From Octopus vulgaris (taxonomy: Eukaryota): a DNA stretch of 64,000 bases. The stretch lies in NCBI GenBank assembly GCA_951406725.2, contig OX597835.1, positions 33,356,001-33,420,000 on the forward strand, given 5' to 3'. The notes beneath the pieces are model-generated. The model saw only the letters and a list, made by a program, of their open reading frames with translations, was not told where the DNA came from and did not search any database. Positions 26,615-40,560 of the stretch are shown here, piece by piece (the first letter of the stretch is position 1; every line of letters starts with the position of its first letter). The position numbers and the translations under genes are program-made.

Positions 26615-28600
26615 GTTCTACAATAGGTACACGGTCTGAAACTTTGAGGGAGGCGGTAAGTAGATCATATCGACCCCAGTACTTGACTGGTACTTAATTT
26701 ATCGACCCCAAAAAGATGAAAAGTAAAGTCGACCTCAGCGGAATGTAACGGCAGACGAAATACCGCTAAGCATTTTGCCCGGCTTGCTAATAATTCTGCC
26801 AGCTCACTGCTTATGGATAATATTAATAAAATTTTCCACTCTAGGTACAAGGCCTGAAATTTTGGGGGAAGGGAGCAGTCGATTAGAGCGACCCCAGTAC
26901 GCAACTGGTACTTAAATTATCGACACTGAAATTGAACTCAGAACGTAAATACTGCTAAGCATTTCGCCCGGCGTGCTAACGATTCTGCCAGCTCAACGCC
27001 TTGCATAATATAATTATTTTTTTATTGCTCACAGGGAGCAAAACTTAGAGAGAACAAATAAGGACAGACAATGGGATTAATTCGATTACATCGACCACAG
27101 TGCGTAACTGGTACTTAAGTAATCGACCTCGAACGGATGAAAAGCAAAGTCGACCTTGGCGGAATTTAAATTCAAAATGTAAATACTTCTAAGCATTTCG
27201 CACGTCGTGTTAGTGTTTCTGCCGCCTTGCATAATAGAAAGAATGATAACGGTTTGTCGTTTACTGTTTCGCTTTGTTTCGTTAATTTATTTTATTTGTG
27301 TTTGTCGGGGAGTCTCTGTAGGTCGAGTGGCTAGATCTTCGCATTAAAAAGTCACAGCACTGGTACCACAGGTATCTAATTAGAAGGTCGCAGCAAAGAA
27401 TCGCAAAACAGTTTCTTCAAGCCGATCCAAACGGCAGGAAATTGGGGGTAGACTAAGAAAGAGATTGTTGGGTAACATCCCTGTTCTCAATTTGGCCACG
27501 CTCAGGAATTTTGTAGGATTGTGTGATAATTGTTGCTTCTGATAGGATGCTATAGCAAAGGGGCCGGAGGTCTCTACACGCAAGCCTCAAAGTTGATATT
27601 TGCTTATAATTTAAGCATGGAGACAACAGTTTGAAAGAGAGAGCGTTAGTCGATGCCTACGATCCTAAACTTTGACTGATACCTCATGTTATCAATTGTG
27701 GAAGGAAAGAAGGCAACGATATCCTCGGAGATATTCGAACCCAGAATATAAAGTGGCAAAACGAATACCACAAGGCACTTTGGTTGACGCTCTAACGAGT
27801 GAGTCAGTTCATCACCCTTGTAATAATGATTTCAAATTTTGGTACGAGACCAGCAATTCTGAATAGGGGAGGCACTCAATCGATTACATCGAACCCAGTA
27901 CGATTCCGAAAGGCTGCAAGACAAAGTTGAATTCGGCGGTATTTCAACTCAGAGCATGAAGATCAACGAAATGCCGCTCAGCAGTTTGCCCGGCGTGCTA
28001 AGGTTTCTTATTTCTTTATTGCCCACAAGGGGTTAAACAAAGAGGGGACAAACAAGGACAGACAACGGATTAAGTCGATTATATCGACCCCAGTGTGTAA
28101 CTTGTACTTAATTTATCGACCCCGAAAGGATGAAAGGCAAAGTAGACCTCGGCGGAATTTGAACTCAGAACCTAATGGCAGACGAAATACCTATTTTTAT
28201 TTCTTTATTGTCCACAAGGGGCTAAAGACAGAGGGGACAAACAAGAACAGATAAACGGCTTAAGCCGATTACATCGACCCCAGTGCGTAACTGGTACTTA
28301 ATTTATCGACCCCGAAGGATGCAAGGCAAAGTCGACCTCCGCGGAATTTGAACTCAGGACGTAATGGCAGACGAAACACCACTAAGCACTTCGCCCGGCG
28401 TGCTAACGTTTCTGCCAACTCTCTGTCAGAGGCCATTACTTTTGTGATGATAATTATTTCTAATTTAGGTACAAAACTAATAATGGTAAAGAGGAGTGGT
28501 TGGAGTTAGTCGATATCACTGAATCCGCTACTTGACTGGTACTTTATCGACTGCAAAGAAGGCGAAAAGTAAAGTTAATATCAGCTGGATTGCATCTTTG
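26615..28600 (-). mobile_element. Cluster of ~7 co-oriented SINE family A copies and fragments
   Basis: Repeated tatcgaccccgaaaggatgaaaggcaaagtcgacctcggcggaatttgaactcagaac blocks at ~26700, 26920, 27120, 27900, 28110, 28300 and 28540. Confidence 0.85.
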
Positions 28601-28664
28601 ACTGAAAAAAGATTACAAATAAATGGCAAAAAGCGTTTAACCGGTGCTGAACAATCCTACCCAA

Positions 28665-28702
<38 letters not shown>

Positions 28703-28997
28703 TGTCTGTCTGTCTGTGTCTGCATGTGGGTGTTTGTGATGTCTTTGATCATATGTGTCCACTTGTGTGTTCGTGCGTGTGTCTGCGTTTGCGGGCACAT
28801 GTGTGCGAGATTGTACGTTTGAGTTTGTGAGCGTGTGTATGTATGTGAGCGTGTGTATGTATGCGTGTGTATGTGTGCATGACTTTGTGAATGTGTTTGA
28901 AACGGTGTGTGTATGTGCGTGTATTTGTGTATATTTCTGTATGCGTTTGAACGTATTTGTGTGTGCTTGTATATCCTTTGGATGTGAATGTACATCA

Positions 28998-29033
<36 letters not shown>

Positions 29034-29611
29034 TTGCTTAAATCTATCTATGTGTGTGTATATGTCTGTTTGAATGGTTGCACGTATGCTTGCATAAACG
29101 TGTCTAAGTGTATGTATATATGTGTATAAGAGCGCTTGTGTTTGCATATATGCATATATGTATATTCGTACGTATGCATGTATGTTTGAGTATACGTATC
29201 TATATATATATGTGTATATGTTAAAAAAATCAATAGTACTATTCATATAAAACACCATTAGATATTTCATATGAAAGGTTCCGATTCTTGTCTTGAAATG
29301 TGGTGGAATATTCATTTCTATTATGTTTTAATACATTCAAAGAAATATCGACCTTTCATAATAACTATGTGATAACTCTTTCGTATTTCAGTCACAGTTC
29401 ATATATGTTTTATGCATTAAAATATATTCTATGCTTTTAAGATTGAATAGGTTTGGTGTATATGTAATAGGGAGGTATTTTTTCTTGATTATAATATTAA
29501 GTAGAAGCTATATAAGATGAATATATTAATATATAATATAAGGTTAAAAATACTTAACGTAAATGACTTGTTCAAATAAAAACCTATCAACACAAACACA
29601 CGTTGATAAGT

Positions 29612-29616
29612 AAATG

Positions 29617-29649
<33 letters not shown>

Positions 29650-29653
29650 ATAC

Positions 29654-29706
<53 letters not shown>

Positions 29707-29803
29707 TATACATATATATATACATATATATATATGTGTATATATATATATATACATATATATATACATATATATATACGTATATATATATACATATATA
29801 TAC

Positions 29804-29872
<69 letters not shown>

Positions 29873-29905
29873 TATATACATATATATATACGTATATATA
29901 TATAT

Positions 29906-29979
<74 letters not shown>

Positions 29980-29982
29980 GCA
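29612..29982. repeat. Long (TA)n tract with CA interruptions
   Basis: Read directly. Confidence 0.95.
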
Positions 29983-30134
29983 CACGTAGCTAGATATTGA
30001 GTTCTTTTATCTGATAAGTGTTATTTGTATTTCAATATCGCTATATTAAATACATTCATTAAATCATTCTTATATAAACATGTACACAAAGGCATGCATA
30101 TATATCTGTCTATTCACCTAGATAACAATGCATG

Positions 30135-30176
<42 letters not shown>

Positions 30177-30429
30177 TGCGTGCGTGTGTATGTATATATA
30201 TATATATGTATACACATAAAATGTACACATACACATGCAACACACACACTACACATCTACACACAGAAACATACACACATATATACAAATATATATAATT
30301 GAGGGAATAGGTAACATCCAGATATGTAAACACACAGACGCGTATATGCATGCATAAAAATAAGAATGTGCGTGACTAAGCGTGTGTATGTGTGTATTCG
30401 CGCATGTGTGAGTGTGTGTGTGTGTCAGA

Positions 30430-30650
30430 TGTACATCCATTAATCCTGACTCGTTATTTGTTTTCCATTGTTTTCCCTCTCCCCATCTGTTTTCTCTCCT
30501 CAATCCTTTCCGTAGACGAACGCTGGCCTAAAACGTCGAAGCTCTCTTTCAACTTTCCTGAGCGTCAAACTAATAAATCCTGTCTGTTGTTCTCCTCCTG
30601 TCTGCTGCTCTCTCACCTGTCGCTGTCTTTCATTTATTTTTGTCCTGCTT
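30430..30650 (+). mobile_element. Decayed member of the minimal-hammerhead short-repeat family (motif 30506-30541)
   Basis: cttt-ccgtagacgaacgctggcctaaaac-gtc-gaag plus tail ttcctgagcgtcaaactaata. Confidence 0.45.
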
Positions 30651-30813
30651 TTTTTTTTTTTTGGTGGGGGCATCATTTTGAAGCATACATGTGTATATAT
30701 ATATATTAAATTAGAGATAAAACCACTATTAGGCAATTCAAACAGTGATAGCCATAAACCAAAACAAAAATTTTCCCTGTCAGTTTGGATATACTCCCTA
30801 ATATTATTATTGT

Positions 30814-30905
<92 letters not shown>

Positions 30906-30910
30906 GTGTG

Positions 30911-31083
30911 TATTGGTAAAAACGGTAAGATAAAAGAAAGAAAGAAACCTCAATATTATGTAAATAGAGGAAATTTATCTGTAAAATAATATGTGACAAT
31001 TATTCAATAGCCAAGATAAAACTCTGAGTTTCGGATGCCGAAGTGGAAAACCACAACACCATCTCTTCGGTTATCTGGCCATC
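30911..31083 (-). mobile_element. Single copy of the 19.9-kb pLTR-like element with hammerhead motif (31015-31075, U4C variant)
   Basis: Minus strand gataa-CCGAAGA-gatgg...gcatc-c-GAAActcagagTT-ttatc; 3' part matches 19962-20063. Confidence 0.7.
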
Positions 31084-31159
31084 AGTCGATTACGTCGAAC
31101 CCAATACGATTCCGAAGATTGAAAGACAAAGTCGAATTCGGTGGTATTTGAATATCACT

Positions 31160-32275
31160 TGTCAACAGTTTTGATTTTATAATATCACCACATTTACTAG
31201 TGTAGATATTGGCCAATTCCGTAATGTCTTGATTTATACGCCACTGGTGCTAAAACATTGCAACCAGAGATTAGGTAGTTCACTGTTTCAATCTCATCCT
31301 TACAGATCCGACACTTTGGCCCTACTTCATTTCCTATCACATTGGCTTGGTTGTTCCGGGTCTATAAGCTTTGACCTTGAGCAAGTAAACTGAAACATTC
31401 GATCTCTGCTTTTATGCCCGAGCTCCGTAGCCACTGGTGGGTTTGCTTCTAATCAACACCAGCTTGTTTGCTACAGGCCATATATTTGCCATGCAGAGGT
31501 TTCTGCCCCCACCGATCAGAAAATTGTTCATGCGTTTTTTCCCTTGTTACCTTCTTTGCAACAACACCTTCTTTGCTGCACATCATGCTGTTCAATCTGG
31601 GTACCACACACGAACTCATTATCAAACGTTTCACTCTCCTTCGCGAGCTTCTTAAGCCTCTCGTCTTTTTGAACGAGTTTTAGCATCCAATCGTTAGATG
31701 TTTCAAGATATTTGGTCTGTCCAGTTGTGGGGATTTTGTAAGAGAGTTCAAATTGTATCAAGCTTCGAACTCCTTGTGCTCTGGAAAGGTAAAGACAATC
31801 GACGTCTAACTTTGGGTGTTGTATATTTTTACAAGTCAGCGGTTTACGTGTTTTTCTGTCAACTTTCCTTATTTCACTGATACTCCAATTCAACACTTTG
31901 AAGCTATAGAATGGAACTGCTATGAAATTTATGGCTAACACCTTGTTATGTGCATTTAGTTAAAATTTCAAGACTGCTCAAACTCACCTATAACATTGCT
32001 TTACGATCTCTTTCAAATTTGCTTAATGAATGCCAGATCTTTCATTTATCTTCGGTACTTATGATTGTTCTTGTTCAAGTTCTTTTACAATTGTGCGAAC
32101 ACCTAACACCGCTACATTTGATGTCTTCGCATTTCTGCAAAGTGGTCTTGGCACATTTATCAAGAGCAAACTTCGTACCGATGTAATCACTCAATGTTTT
32201 TATAGTACCTAAGAGGTCTTTAAGTGCATTATTCTCTTTGCCATAGAGTTTTATAGCAATCCATATAATATAGAT
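31160..32275 (-). pseudogene. Decayed R4/Dong-like RLE non-LTR retrotransposon (end of RT, thumb, CCHC zinc knuckle)
   Basis: AINFIAVP..YSF..LNWSISEIRKVDRKTRK.L....HPK.DVD.LYL.R..G.R.LIQ; W.QKPLHGKY; AQGQSL*TRN...CRICKDEIETVNYLISGC..LA...Y..RH; stops and frameshifts. Confidence 0.8.
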
Positions 32276-32361
32276 TGCTTATTTACTTGTCAATTTTATA
32301 TCCACACCCTGTTCTGAAACGTTCACTCGTAAGGGGATTTAGAGCTGCAAAAACATTAAAT

Positions 32362-32362
32362 G

Positions 32363-32435
<73 letters not shown>

Positions 32436-32552
32436 TATTATTATTATTATTATTATTACTATTATTATTATTATTATTATTACTATTATTATTGTTATTA
32501 TTATTATTATCATTATTATTATTATTATTATTACTATTAATATTATTATTAC

Positions 32553-32600
<48 letters not shown>

Positions 32601-32635
32601 TATTATTATTACTATTATTATAATTATTATTAATA

Positions 32636-32672
<37 letters not shown>

Positions 32673-32700
32673 CATCATCATCATCATTATTATTATCGAT
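32362..32700. repeat. (TTA)n microsatellite (mirrored at 40221-40560)
   Basis: Read directly. Confidence 0.95.
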
Positions 32701-32931
32701 CATCATTGCCATCATTACTTTATAGATAACATATAACCTTGAGGATATTTTTCAGGAAATAATTTTAAAGGATTATTTTCATTAAACTCTCACACCTATC
32801 CAAATTCTTTCTTTCTTGAAACCAGGAAATCATTCTTTATTATTGTCTCTCGAAGCAAGATAATTAATAATAACTAATTATCCTATTATTCACCTTTATT
32901 TGCCTTACCACACACACACAAATCTATATAC

Positions 32932-33009
<78 letters not shown>

Positions 33010-33059
33010 GTGTGTGTATGTATGCATGTGTGTCTACATATATATGTATGTATATATGC

Positions 33060-33178
<119 letters not shown>

Positions 33179-34029
33179 ATGTAAATATCATCGTCTCGGA
33201 ACGTTTATCTTTGATATTTCACTATTTATTCTCTCTTTTATTTTTTTCTAATCTTCATATATGTCATTTATATTAGTTCATATTTCCATATTCATTGTTT
33301 CATTCTTCGTATTACTACTACTACTACCGATATTGCTGCTGCTGCTGCAATTATTACACCTCCTCTTCCCCCTCTTACTACTACTACAATGACATTCACA
33401 CTTACTACCATCGCTACTCCTACCACGAACACCACCAACACTACTCTCACTACTACTATGTATTCGTGCTTCTCTTTAAATTTTATGTACGATTTTCTTT
33501 CTTCTGAATTTCTTATTAATATTCTCCTGAACATCGCAGCAGCAGACCCATATATCGAAAAGACAGAAGACGCTAAAGAAAGGAAAGCAACAACACACAG
33601 ACATGCGCAGAGAACACACGCAGACACACTCATACAGACACATGTGTCTTAGATTAAGCCGACAGGATGAGAGAACAAAGATGATGTACAGTCAACATTT
33701 TGTATCTCTCATAATTATTGTCATTTCTACTTATATCATCCCAGTATTTCTTGTACGATCCCAGTAAGATAAGAAGTGCACAAAGGCAAGACTACAAAGA
33801 TAAATCAGTCAAGCTAAAAAAACAACTGAAGTGAACAAGCTAACAGCTAACGAGAGCGTCTCCATATCAGTGGTTTTCAAACCAGGTATATACGGCCTTT
33901 GGGACCAATGTATGATGTTGATGTTAACAATTATATACAACAAAGTGGTCATATTTTTAAAATATTCAAAAGTATCTAAACAATTCTTAATAATATTTAA
34001 TTAAAAAAATATGATAAAATAGGTCTAGT

Positions 34030-34195
34030 AGTGGCTGTGTGGTAAGTAGATTGTTTACCAACCACATGGTTCCCGGTTCAGTCCCACTGCGTAGCACCTT
34101 GGGCAAGTGTCTTCTACTATAGCCTCGGGCCGACCAAAGCCTTGTGAGTGCATTTGGCAGACGGAAACTGAAAGAAGACCGTCGTATATATGCAC

Positions 34196-34254
<59 letters not shown>

Positions 34255-34472
34255 TGTGTGTATATGTGTGTATGCGTGTGTGTTTGTGTTTGTCCCCCCA
34301 ACATCGCTTGACTACCGATGCTGGCGTGTTTACGTCCCCGTAACTTAGCGGTTCGGCAAAAGAGTCCGATAGAATAAGTACTAGGCTTACAAAGAGTAGG
34401 TCCTGCGGTCAATTTGCTCGACTAAAGGCGGTGCCCCAGCATGACCACAGACAAATGACTGAAACAAGTAAA
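34030..34472 (+). mobile_element. SINE family B, complete (mirror copy at ~38444-38886 on -)
   Basis: Head, internal (TA)(TG) tract and tail all present. Confidence 0.9.
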
Positions 34473-34767
34473 TTAGTATAGAGAGAGTAATAGTTTTTTG
34501 ACATCGAATGGATGTGAGCAAATAGACATAAAAGACACGGAAATAAAAGGGGAACAGAAATTGTGTGAGATCCACATACGGTCGTTGTCCCTGCTCAAAA
34601 CAGCAAACAAGTAAACCTGAAATAACAGAATATCCTTATAAAATGTGCACTTTGCGTAGTGGAACACCTTGGGAAGCTGTTTGAACACAAAGCGATGATA
34701 CCTGTAAGAGTGCTCTTGATTATAAGATTTCCTGATGAAACTGAGACTACACAACAACAGCAACAGT

Positions 34768-34960
34768 GGAGGCGCAATGGCCCAGTGATTAGGGCAGGAG
34801 ACTGGCAGTCGTAAGAACGCGGTTCGATTCCCAGACCGGGCATAGTGAGTGTTTATTGAGCAAAAAACACCTAAGCTCCACGATGCTCCGGCGGGGTAGT
34901 GGTGGTGAACCCCGCTGTATTCTTTCACCACAACTTTCTCTCACTCTTTCTTCCTACTTC
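34768..34960 (+). mobile_element. SINE family C head (mirror ~37956-38148), followed by a third type of downstream sequence
   Basis: ggaggcgcaatggcccagtgattagggcagg...ggttcgattcccagaccggg. Confidence 0.85.
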
Positions 34961-35536
34961 TGCCACAAAGCAGAGGAACCATGGTGTAACCCACTATGGT
35001 GTGGTAAAATTTTCAGACCCTAGTCTAGATTGCGAATCCTCTGTACCCCAGGATGGTTCAGCTCTCCACTCGTTAAAAGCCACCGTTTACGGAATGAGGA
35101 TAACAACGTAGCTTTCGCGCCCGTGCAACCGCCAGTCTATCGCGTGTGGTGGGTGGATCTTCAAGTTGCCAGACGCATTCTTAGTGGCTTAGAGTAGGCT
35201 CGAATTAGAGATTATTCTTCGTGGCTAATGGCGTGAGTCCTGATTGGAAGAAGAAGAAGAAGAAGAAGAAGAAGAAGAAGAAGAAGAAGAAGAAGAAGAA
35301 GAAAGAAGAAGAAAAAGAAGAAGAATAGAAGGAGAAGTAGTAGAAGAAGAAGAAGAAGAAGAAGAAGAAGAAGAAGAAGAAGAAGAAGAAGAAGAACAAC
35401 AACAACAACAACAACAACAACAGCAACAAACATCACCTGGGCATTCAAGGAACGGAGAATTTTGCTGTATCACCCTATCATATATTCTGGTGGGATGTAT
35501 GCATTGTGTCTGGTACAAAGATGGCGGTATGTTGAA

Positions 35537-35772
35537 AGGCGGCGAGCTGGCAGAATTGTTAGCACGCCGGGTGAAATGCGTAGCCGTATTTCGTCTGCCG
35601 TTACGTTCTGAGTTCAAATTCCGCCGTGGTTGACTTTGCTTTTCATCCTTTCGGGGTCGATTAAATAAGTACCAGTTACGCACTGGGGTCAATATAATCG
35701 ACTTGATCCGTTTGTCTGTCCTTGTTTGTCCTCTCTGTGTTTAGCCCCTTGTAGGAAGTAAAGAAATAGGTA
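35537..35772 (+). mobile_element. SINE family A, full-length (mirror ~37148-37385)
   Basis: ggcggcgagctggcagaattgttagcacgccgg...ccccttgtaggaagtaaagaaata. Confidence 0.9.
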
Positions 35773-36245
35773 TGTTGAAAGATATGCAACGACAGAGCAG
35801 CAGGGAAACGTCTCCTTTTGTTGCAAGACTCAAAGGAAATATCAGCATAGGTGCGGGTGTGGCTGTGTTGTAAGAAATTTCGTTGCCAACGTGACGGTCC
35901 CATGTTCAAGTCAAAATGCGTGTCACTTTGGGCAAGTATATTTTACTATAGCATTGTTATGGAATTCGGTAGATGGAAACTGTAAGAAACCCGTCTTATA
36001 TATATATATATATATAATAGAAATATTAAAATAACTAAGTCTCTCTAAAAGAGAACAGCGGCAGCGTTCCCGGAAAATAATAGTTATCGCCATACTAATA
36101 TGGCATTCTTATAAAAATAAGAAAAAAGCTGTCCGCTTATTAGCTCCATGAGGCCATCGCCTTAAGTTAGCTATTTGATACACAAACTGTATCCATATAA
36201 CCTTCGAACAAGGGAGGTCAGTCGCTCCACACTACTTGACCGGCA

Positions 36246-36287
36246 GCTACAGACGCGTTTCGGGGTATTGCCCCTTTTCAATGCAGC
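36246..36287 (-). ncRNA. Minimal type-I hammerhead ribozyme, U3-A8 core variant
   Basis: Minus strand gctgca-TTGAAAA-gggg(caata)cccc-GAAAC-gc-GTC-tgtagc: 6-bp stem I, 4-bp stem II, palindromic ACGCGT stem III, GUC cleavage triplet. Confidence 0.8.
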
Positions 36288-36607
36288 GTAGCCAGCCAGT
36301 AGGTGTCGCTTCCGACAATCTCTGTTCGATGGTTTTATTTACCTAGTTTCGGTGGAATACATCCACTTGTTTTCAATAATAGAAATATTAAAATAACTAA
36401 GTCTCTCTAAAAGAGAACAGCGGCAGCGTTCCCGGAAAATAATAGTTATCGCCATACTAATATGGCATTCTTATAAAAATAAGAAAAAAGCTGTCCGCTT
36501 ATTAGCTCCATGAGGCCATCGCCTTAAGTTAGCTATTTGATACACAAACTGTATCCATATAACCTTCGAACAAGGGAGGTCAGTCGCTCCACACTACTTG
36601 ACCGGCA

Positions 36608-36649
36608 GCTACAGACGCGTTTCGGGGTATTGCCCCTTTTCAATGCAGC
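36608..36649 (-). ncRNA. Second identical minimal type-I hammerhead ribozyme (362 nt from the first)
   Basis: Same sequence as 36246-36287. Confidence 0.8.
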
Positions 36650-36891
36650 GTAGCCAGCCAGTAGCTGCCGGTCAAGTAGTGTGGAGCGACTGACCTCCCT
36701 TGTTCGAAGGTTATATGGATACAGTTTGTGTATCAAATAGCTAACTTAGGGCGATGGCCTCATGGAGCTAATAAGCGGACAGCTTTTTTCTTATTTTTAT
36801 AAGAATGCCATATTAGTATGGCGATAACTATTATTTTCCGGGAACGCTGCCGCTGTTCTCTTTTAGAGAGACTTAGTTATTTTAATATTTC

Positions 36892-36926
<35 letters not shown>

Positions 36927-38669
36927 ACGGGTTTCTTACAGTTTCCATCTACCGAATTCCATAACAATGCTATAGTAAAATATACTTGCCCAAAGTGACA
37001 CGCATTTTGACTTGAACATGGGACCGTCACGTTGGCAACGAAATTTCTTACAACACAGCCACACCCGCACCTATGCTGATATTTCCTTTGAGTCTTGCAA
37101 CAAAAGGAGACGTTTCCCTGCTGCTCTGTCGTTGCATATCTTTCAACATACCTATTTCTTTACTTCCTACAAGGGGCTAAACACAGAGAGGACAAACAAG
37201 GATAAACAAACGGATCAAGTCGATTATATGGACCCCAGTGCGTAACTGGTACTTATTTAATCGACCCCGAAAGGATGAAAAGCAAAGTCAACCACGGCGG
37301 AATTTGAACTCAGAACGTAACGGCAGACGAAATACGGCTACGCATTTCACCCGGCGTGCTAACAATTCTGCCAGCTCGCCGCCTTTCAACATACCGCCAT
37401 CTTTGTACCAGACACAATGCATACATCCCACCAGAATATATGATAGGGTGATACAGCAAAATTCTCCGTTCCTTGAATGCCCAGGTGATGTTTGTTGCTG
37501 TTGTTGTTGTTGTTGTTGTTGTTGTTCTTCTTCTTCTTCTTCTTCTTCTTCTTCTTCTTCTTCTTCTTCTTCTTCTTCTACTACTTCTCCTCCACTTCTC
37601 CTTCTTTTTCTTCCTCTTCTCCTTCTTCTTCTTCTTCTTCTTCTTCTTCTTCTTCTTCTTTTCTTCTTCCAATCAGGACTCACGCCATTAGCCACGAAGA
37701 ATAATCTCTAATTCGAGCCTACTCTAAGCCACTAAGAATGCGTCTGGCAACTTGAAGATCCACCCACCACACGCGATAGACTGGCGGTTGCACGGGCGCG
37801 AAAGCTACGTTGTTATCCTCATTCCGTAAACGGTGGCTTTTAACGAGTGGAGAGCTGAACCATCCTGGGGTACAGAGGATTCGCAATCTAGACTAGGGTC
37901 TGAAAATTTTACCACACCATAGTGGGTTACACCATGGTTCCTCTGCTTTGTGGCAGAAGTAGGAAGAAAGAGTGAGAGAAAGTTGTGGTGAAAGAATACA
38001 GCGGGGTTCACCACCACTACCCCGCCGGAGCATCGTGGAGCTTAGGTGTTTTTTGCTCAATAAACACTCACTATGCCCGGTCTGGGAATCGAACCGCGTT
38101 CTTACGACTGCCAGTCTCCTGCCCTAATCACTGGGCCATTGCGCCTCCACTGTTGCTGTTGTTGTGTAGTCTCAGTTTCATCAGGAAATCTTATAATCAA
38201 GAGCACTCTTACAGGTATCATCGCTTTGTGTTCAAACAGCTTCCCAAGGTGTTCCACTACGCAAAGTGCACATTTTATAAGGATATTCTGTTATTTCAGG
38301 TTTACTTGTTTGCTGTTTTGAGCAGGGACAACGACCGTATGTGGATCTCACACAATTTCTGTTCCCCTTTTATTTCCGTGTCTTTTATGTCTATTTGCTC
38401 ACATCCATTCGATGTCAAAAAACTATTACTCTCTCTATACTAATTTACTTGTTTCAGTCATTTGTCTGTGGCCATGCTGGGGCACCGCCTTTAGTCGAGC
38501 AAATCGACCGCAGGACTTACTCTTTGTAAGCCTAGTACTTATTCTATCGGACTCTTTTGCCGAACCGCTAAGTTACGGGGACGTAAACACGCCAGCATCG
38601 GTAGTCAAGCGATGTTGGGGGGGCAAACACAGACACACACGCATACACACACACACACACACACACACA

Positions 38670-38720
<51 letters not shown>

Positions 38721-39737
38721 GTGCATATATACGACGGTCTTCTTTCAGTTTCCGTCTGCCAAATGCACTCACAAGGCTTTGGTCGGCCCGAGGCTATAGT
38801 AGAAGACACTTGCCCAAGGTGCTACGCAGTGGGACTGAACCGGGAACCATGTGGTTGGTAAACAATCTACTTACCACACAGCCACTACTAGACCTATTTT
38901 ATCATATTTTTTTAATTAAATATTATTAAGAATTGTTTAGATACTTTTGAATATTTTAAAAATATGACCACTTTGTTGTATATAATTGTTAACATCAACA
39001 TCATACATTGGTCCCAAAGGCCGTATATACCTGGTTTGAAAACCACTGATATGGAGACGCTCTCGTTAGCTGTTAGCTTGTTCACTTCAGTTGTTTTTTT
39101 AGCTTGACTGATTTATCTTTGTAGTCTTGCCTTTGTGCACTTCTTATCTTACTGGGATCGTACAAGAAATACTGGGATGATATAAGTAGAAATGACAATA
39201 ATTATGAGAGATACAAAATGTTGACTGTACATCATCTTTGTTCTCTCATCCTGTCGGCTTAATCTAAGACACATGTGTCTGTATGAGTGTGTCTGCGTGT
39301 GTTCTCTGCGCATGTCTGTGTGTTGTTGCTTTCCTTTCTTTAGCGTCTTCTGTCTTTTCGATATATGGGTCTGCTGCTGCGATGTTCAGGAGAATATTAA
39401 TAAGAAATTCAGAAGAAAGAAAATCGTACATAAAATTTAAAGAGAAGCACGAATACATAGTAGTAGTGAGAGTAGTGTTGGTGGTGTTCGTGGTAGGAGT
39501 AGCGATGGTAGTAAGTGTGAATGTCATTGTAGTAGTAGTAAGAGGGGGAAGAGGAGGTGTAATAATTGCAGCAGCAGCAGCAATATCGGTAGTAGTAGTA
39601 GTAATACGAAGAATGAAACAATGAATATGGAAATATGAACTAATATAAATGACATATATGAAGATTAGAAAAAAATAAAAGAGAGAATAAATAGTGAAAT
39701 ATCAAAGATAAACGTTCCGAGACGATGATATTTACAT

Positions 39738-39863
<126 letters not shown>

Positions 39864-39901
39864 GCATATATACATACATATATATGTAGACACACATGCA
39901 T

Positions 39902-39985
<84 letters not shown>

Positions 39986-40244
39986 GTATATAGATTTGTG
40001 TGTGTGTGGTAAGGCAAATAAAGGTGAATAATAGGATAATTAGTTATTATTAATTATCTTGCTTCGAGAGACAATAATAAAGAATGATTTCCTGGTTTCA
40101 AGAAAGAAAGAATTTGGATAGGTGTGAGAGTTTAATGAAAATAATCCTTTAAAATTATTTCCTGAAAAATATCCTCAAGGTTATATGTTATCTATAAAGT
40201 AATGATGGCAATGATGATCGATAATAATAATGATGATGATGATG

Positions 40245-40281
<37 letters not shown>

Positions 40282-40316
40282 TATTAATAATAATTATAAT
40301 AATAGTAATAATAATA

Positions 40317-40364
<48 letters not shown>

Positions 40365-40454
40365 GTAATAATAATATTAATAGTAATAATAATAATAATA
40401 ATAATGATAATAATAATAATAACAATAATAATAGTAATAATAATAATAATAATA

Positions 40455-40560
<106 letters not shown>

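Larger units (their letters stand above)
36014..36897. mobile_element. Penelope-like/retrozyme cassette: 1.8 tandem copies of a 362-bp monomer (- strand) plus a head-to-head inverted partial copy, flanked by (TA)n
   Basis: 36014-36302 repeats at 36376-36664 (period 362); 36661-36897 is the reverse complement of 36376-36612. Confidence 0.85.

Noticed and set aside
34768-34840. tRNA-like sequence with A and B boxes
   Set aside because: It is the head of a multi-copy SINE, runs into the SINE body, and has no clean acceptor stem; not called as a tRNA gene
33292-39624. Pairs of identical ORFs on opposite strands (e.g. 34473-34931 and 37985-38443)
   Set aside because: By-product of the inverted duplication over SINE and unique non-coding DNA, not conserved genes
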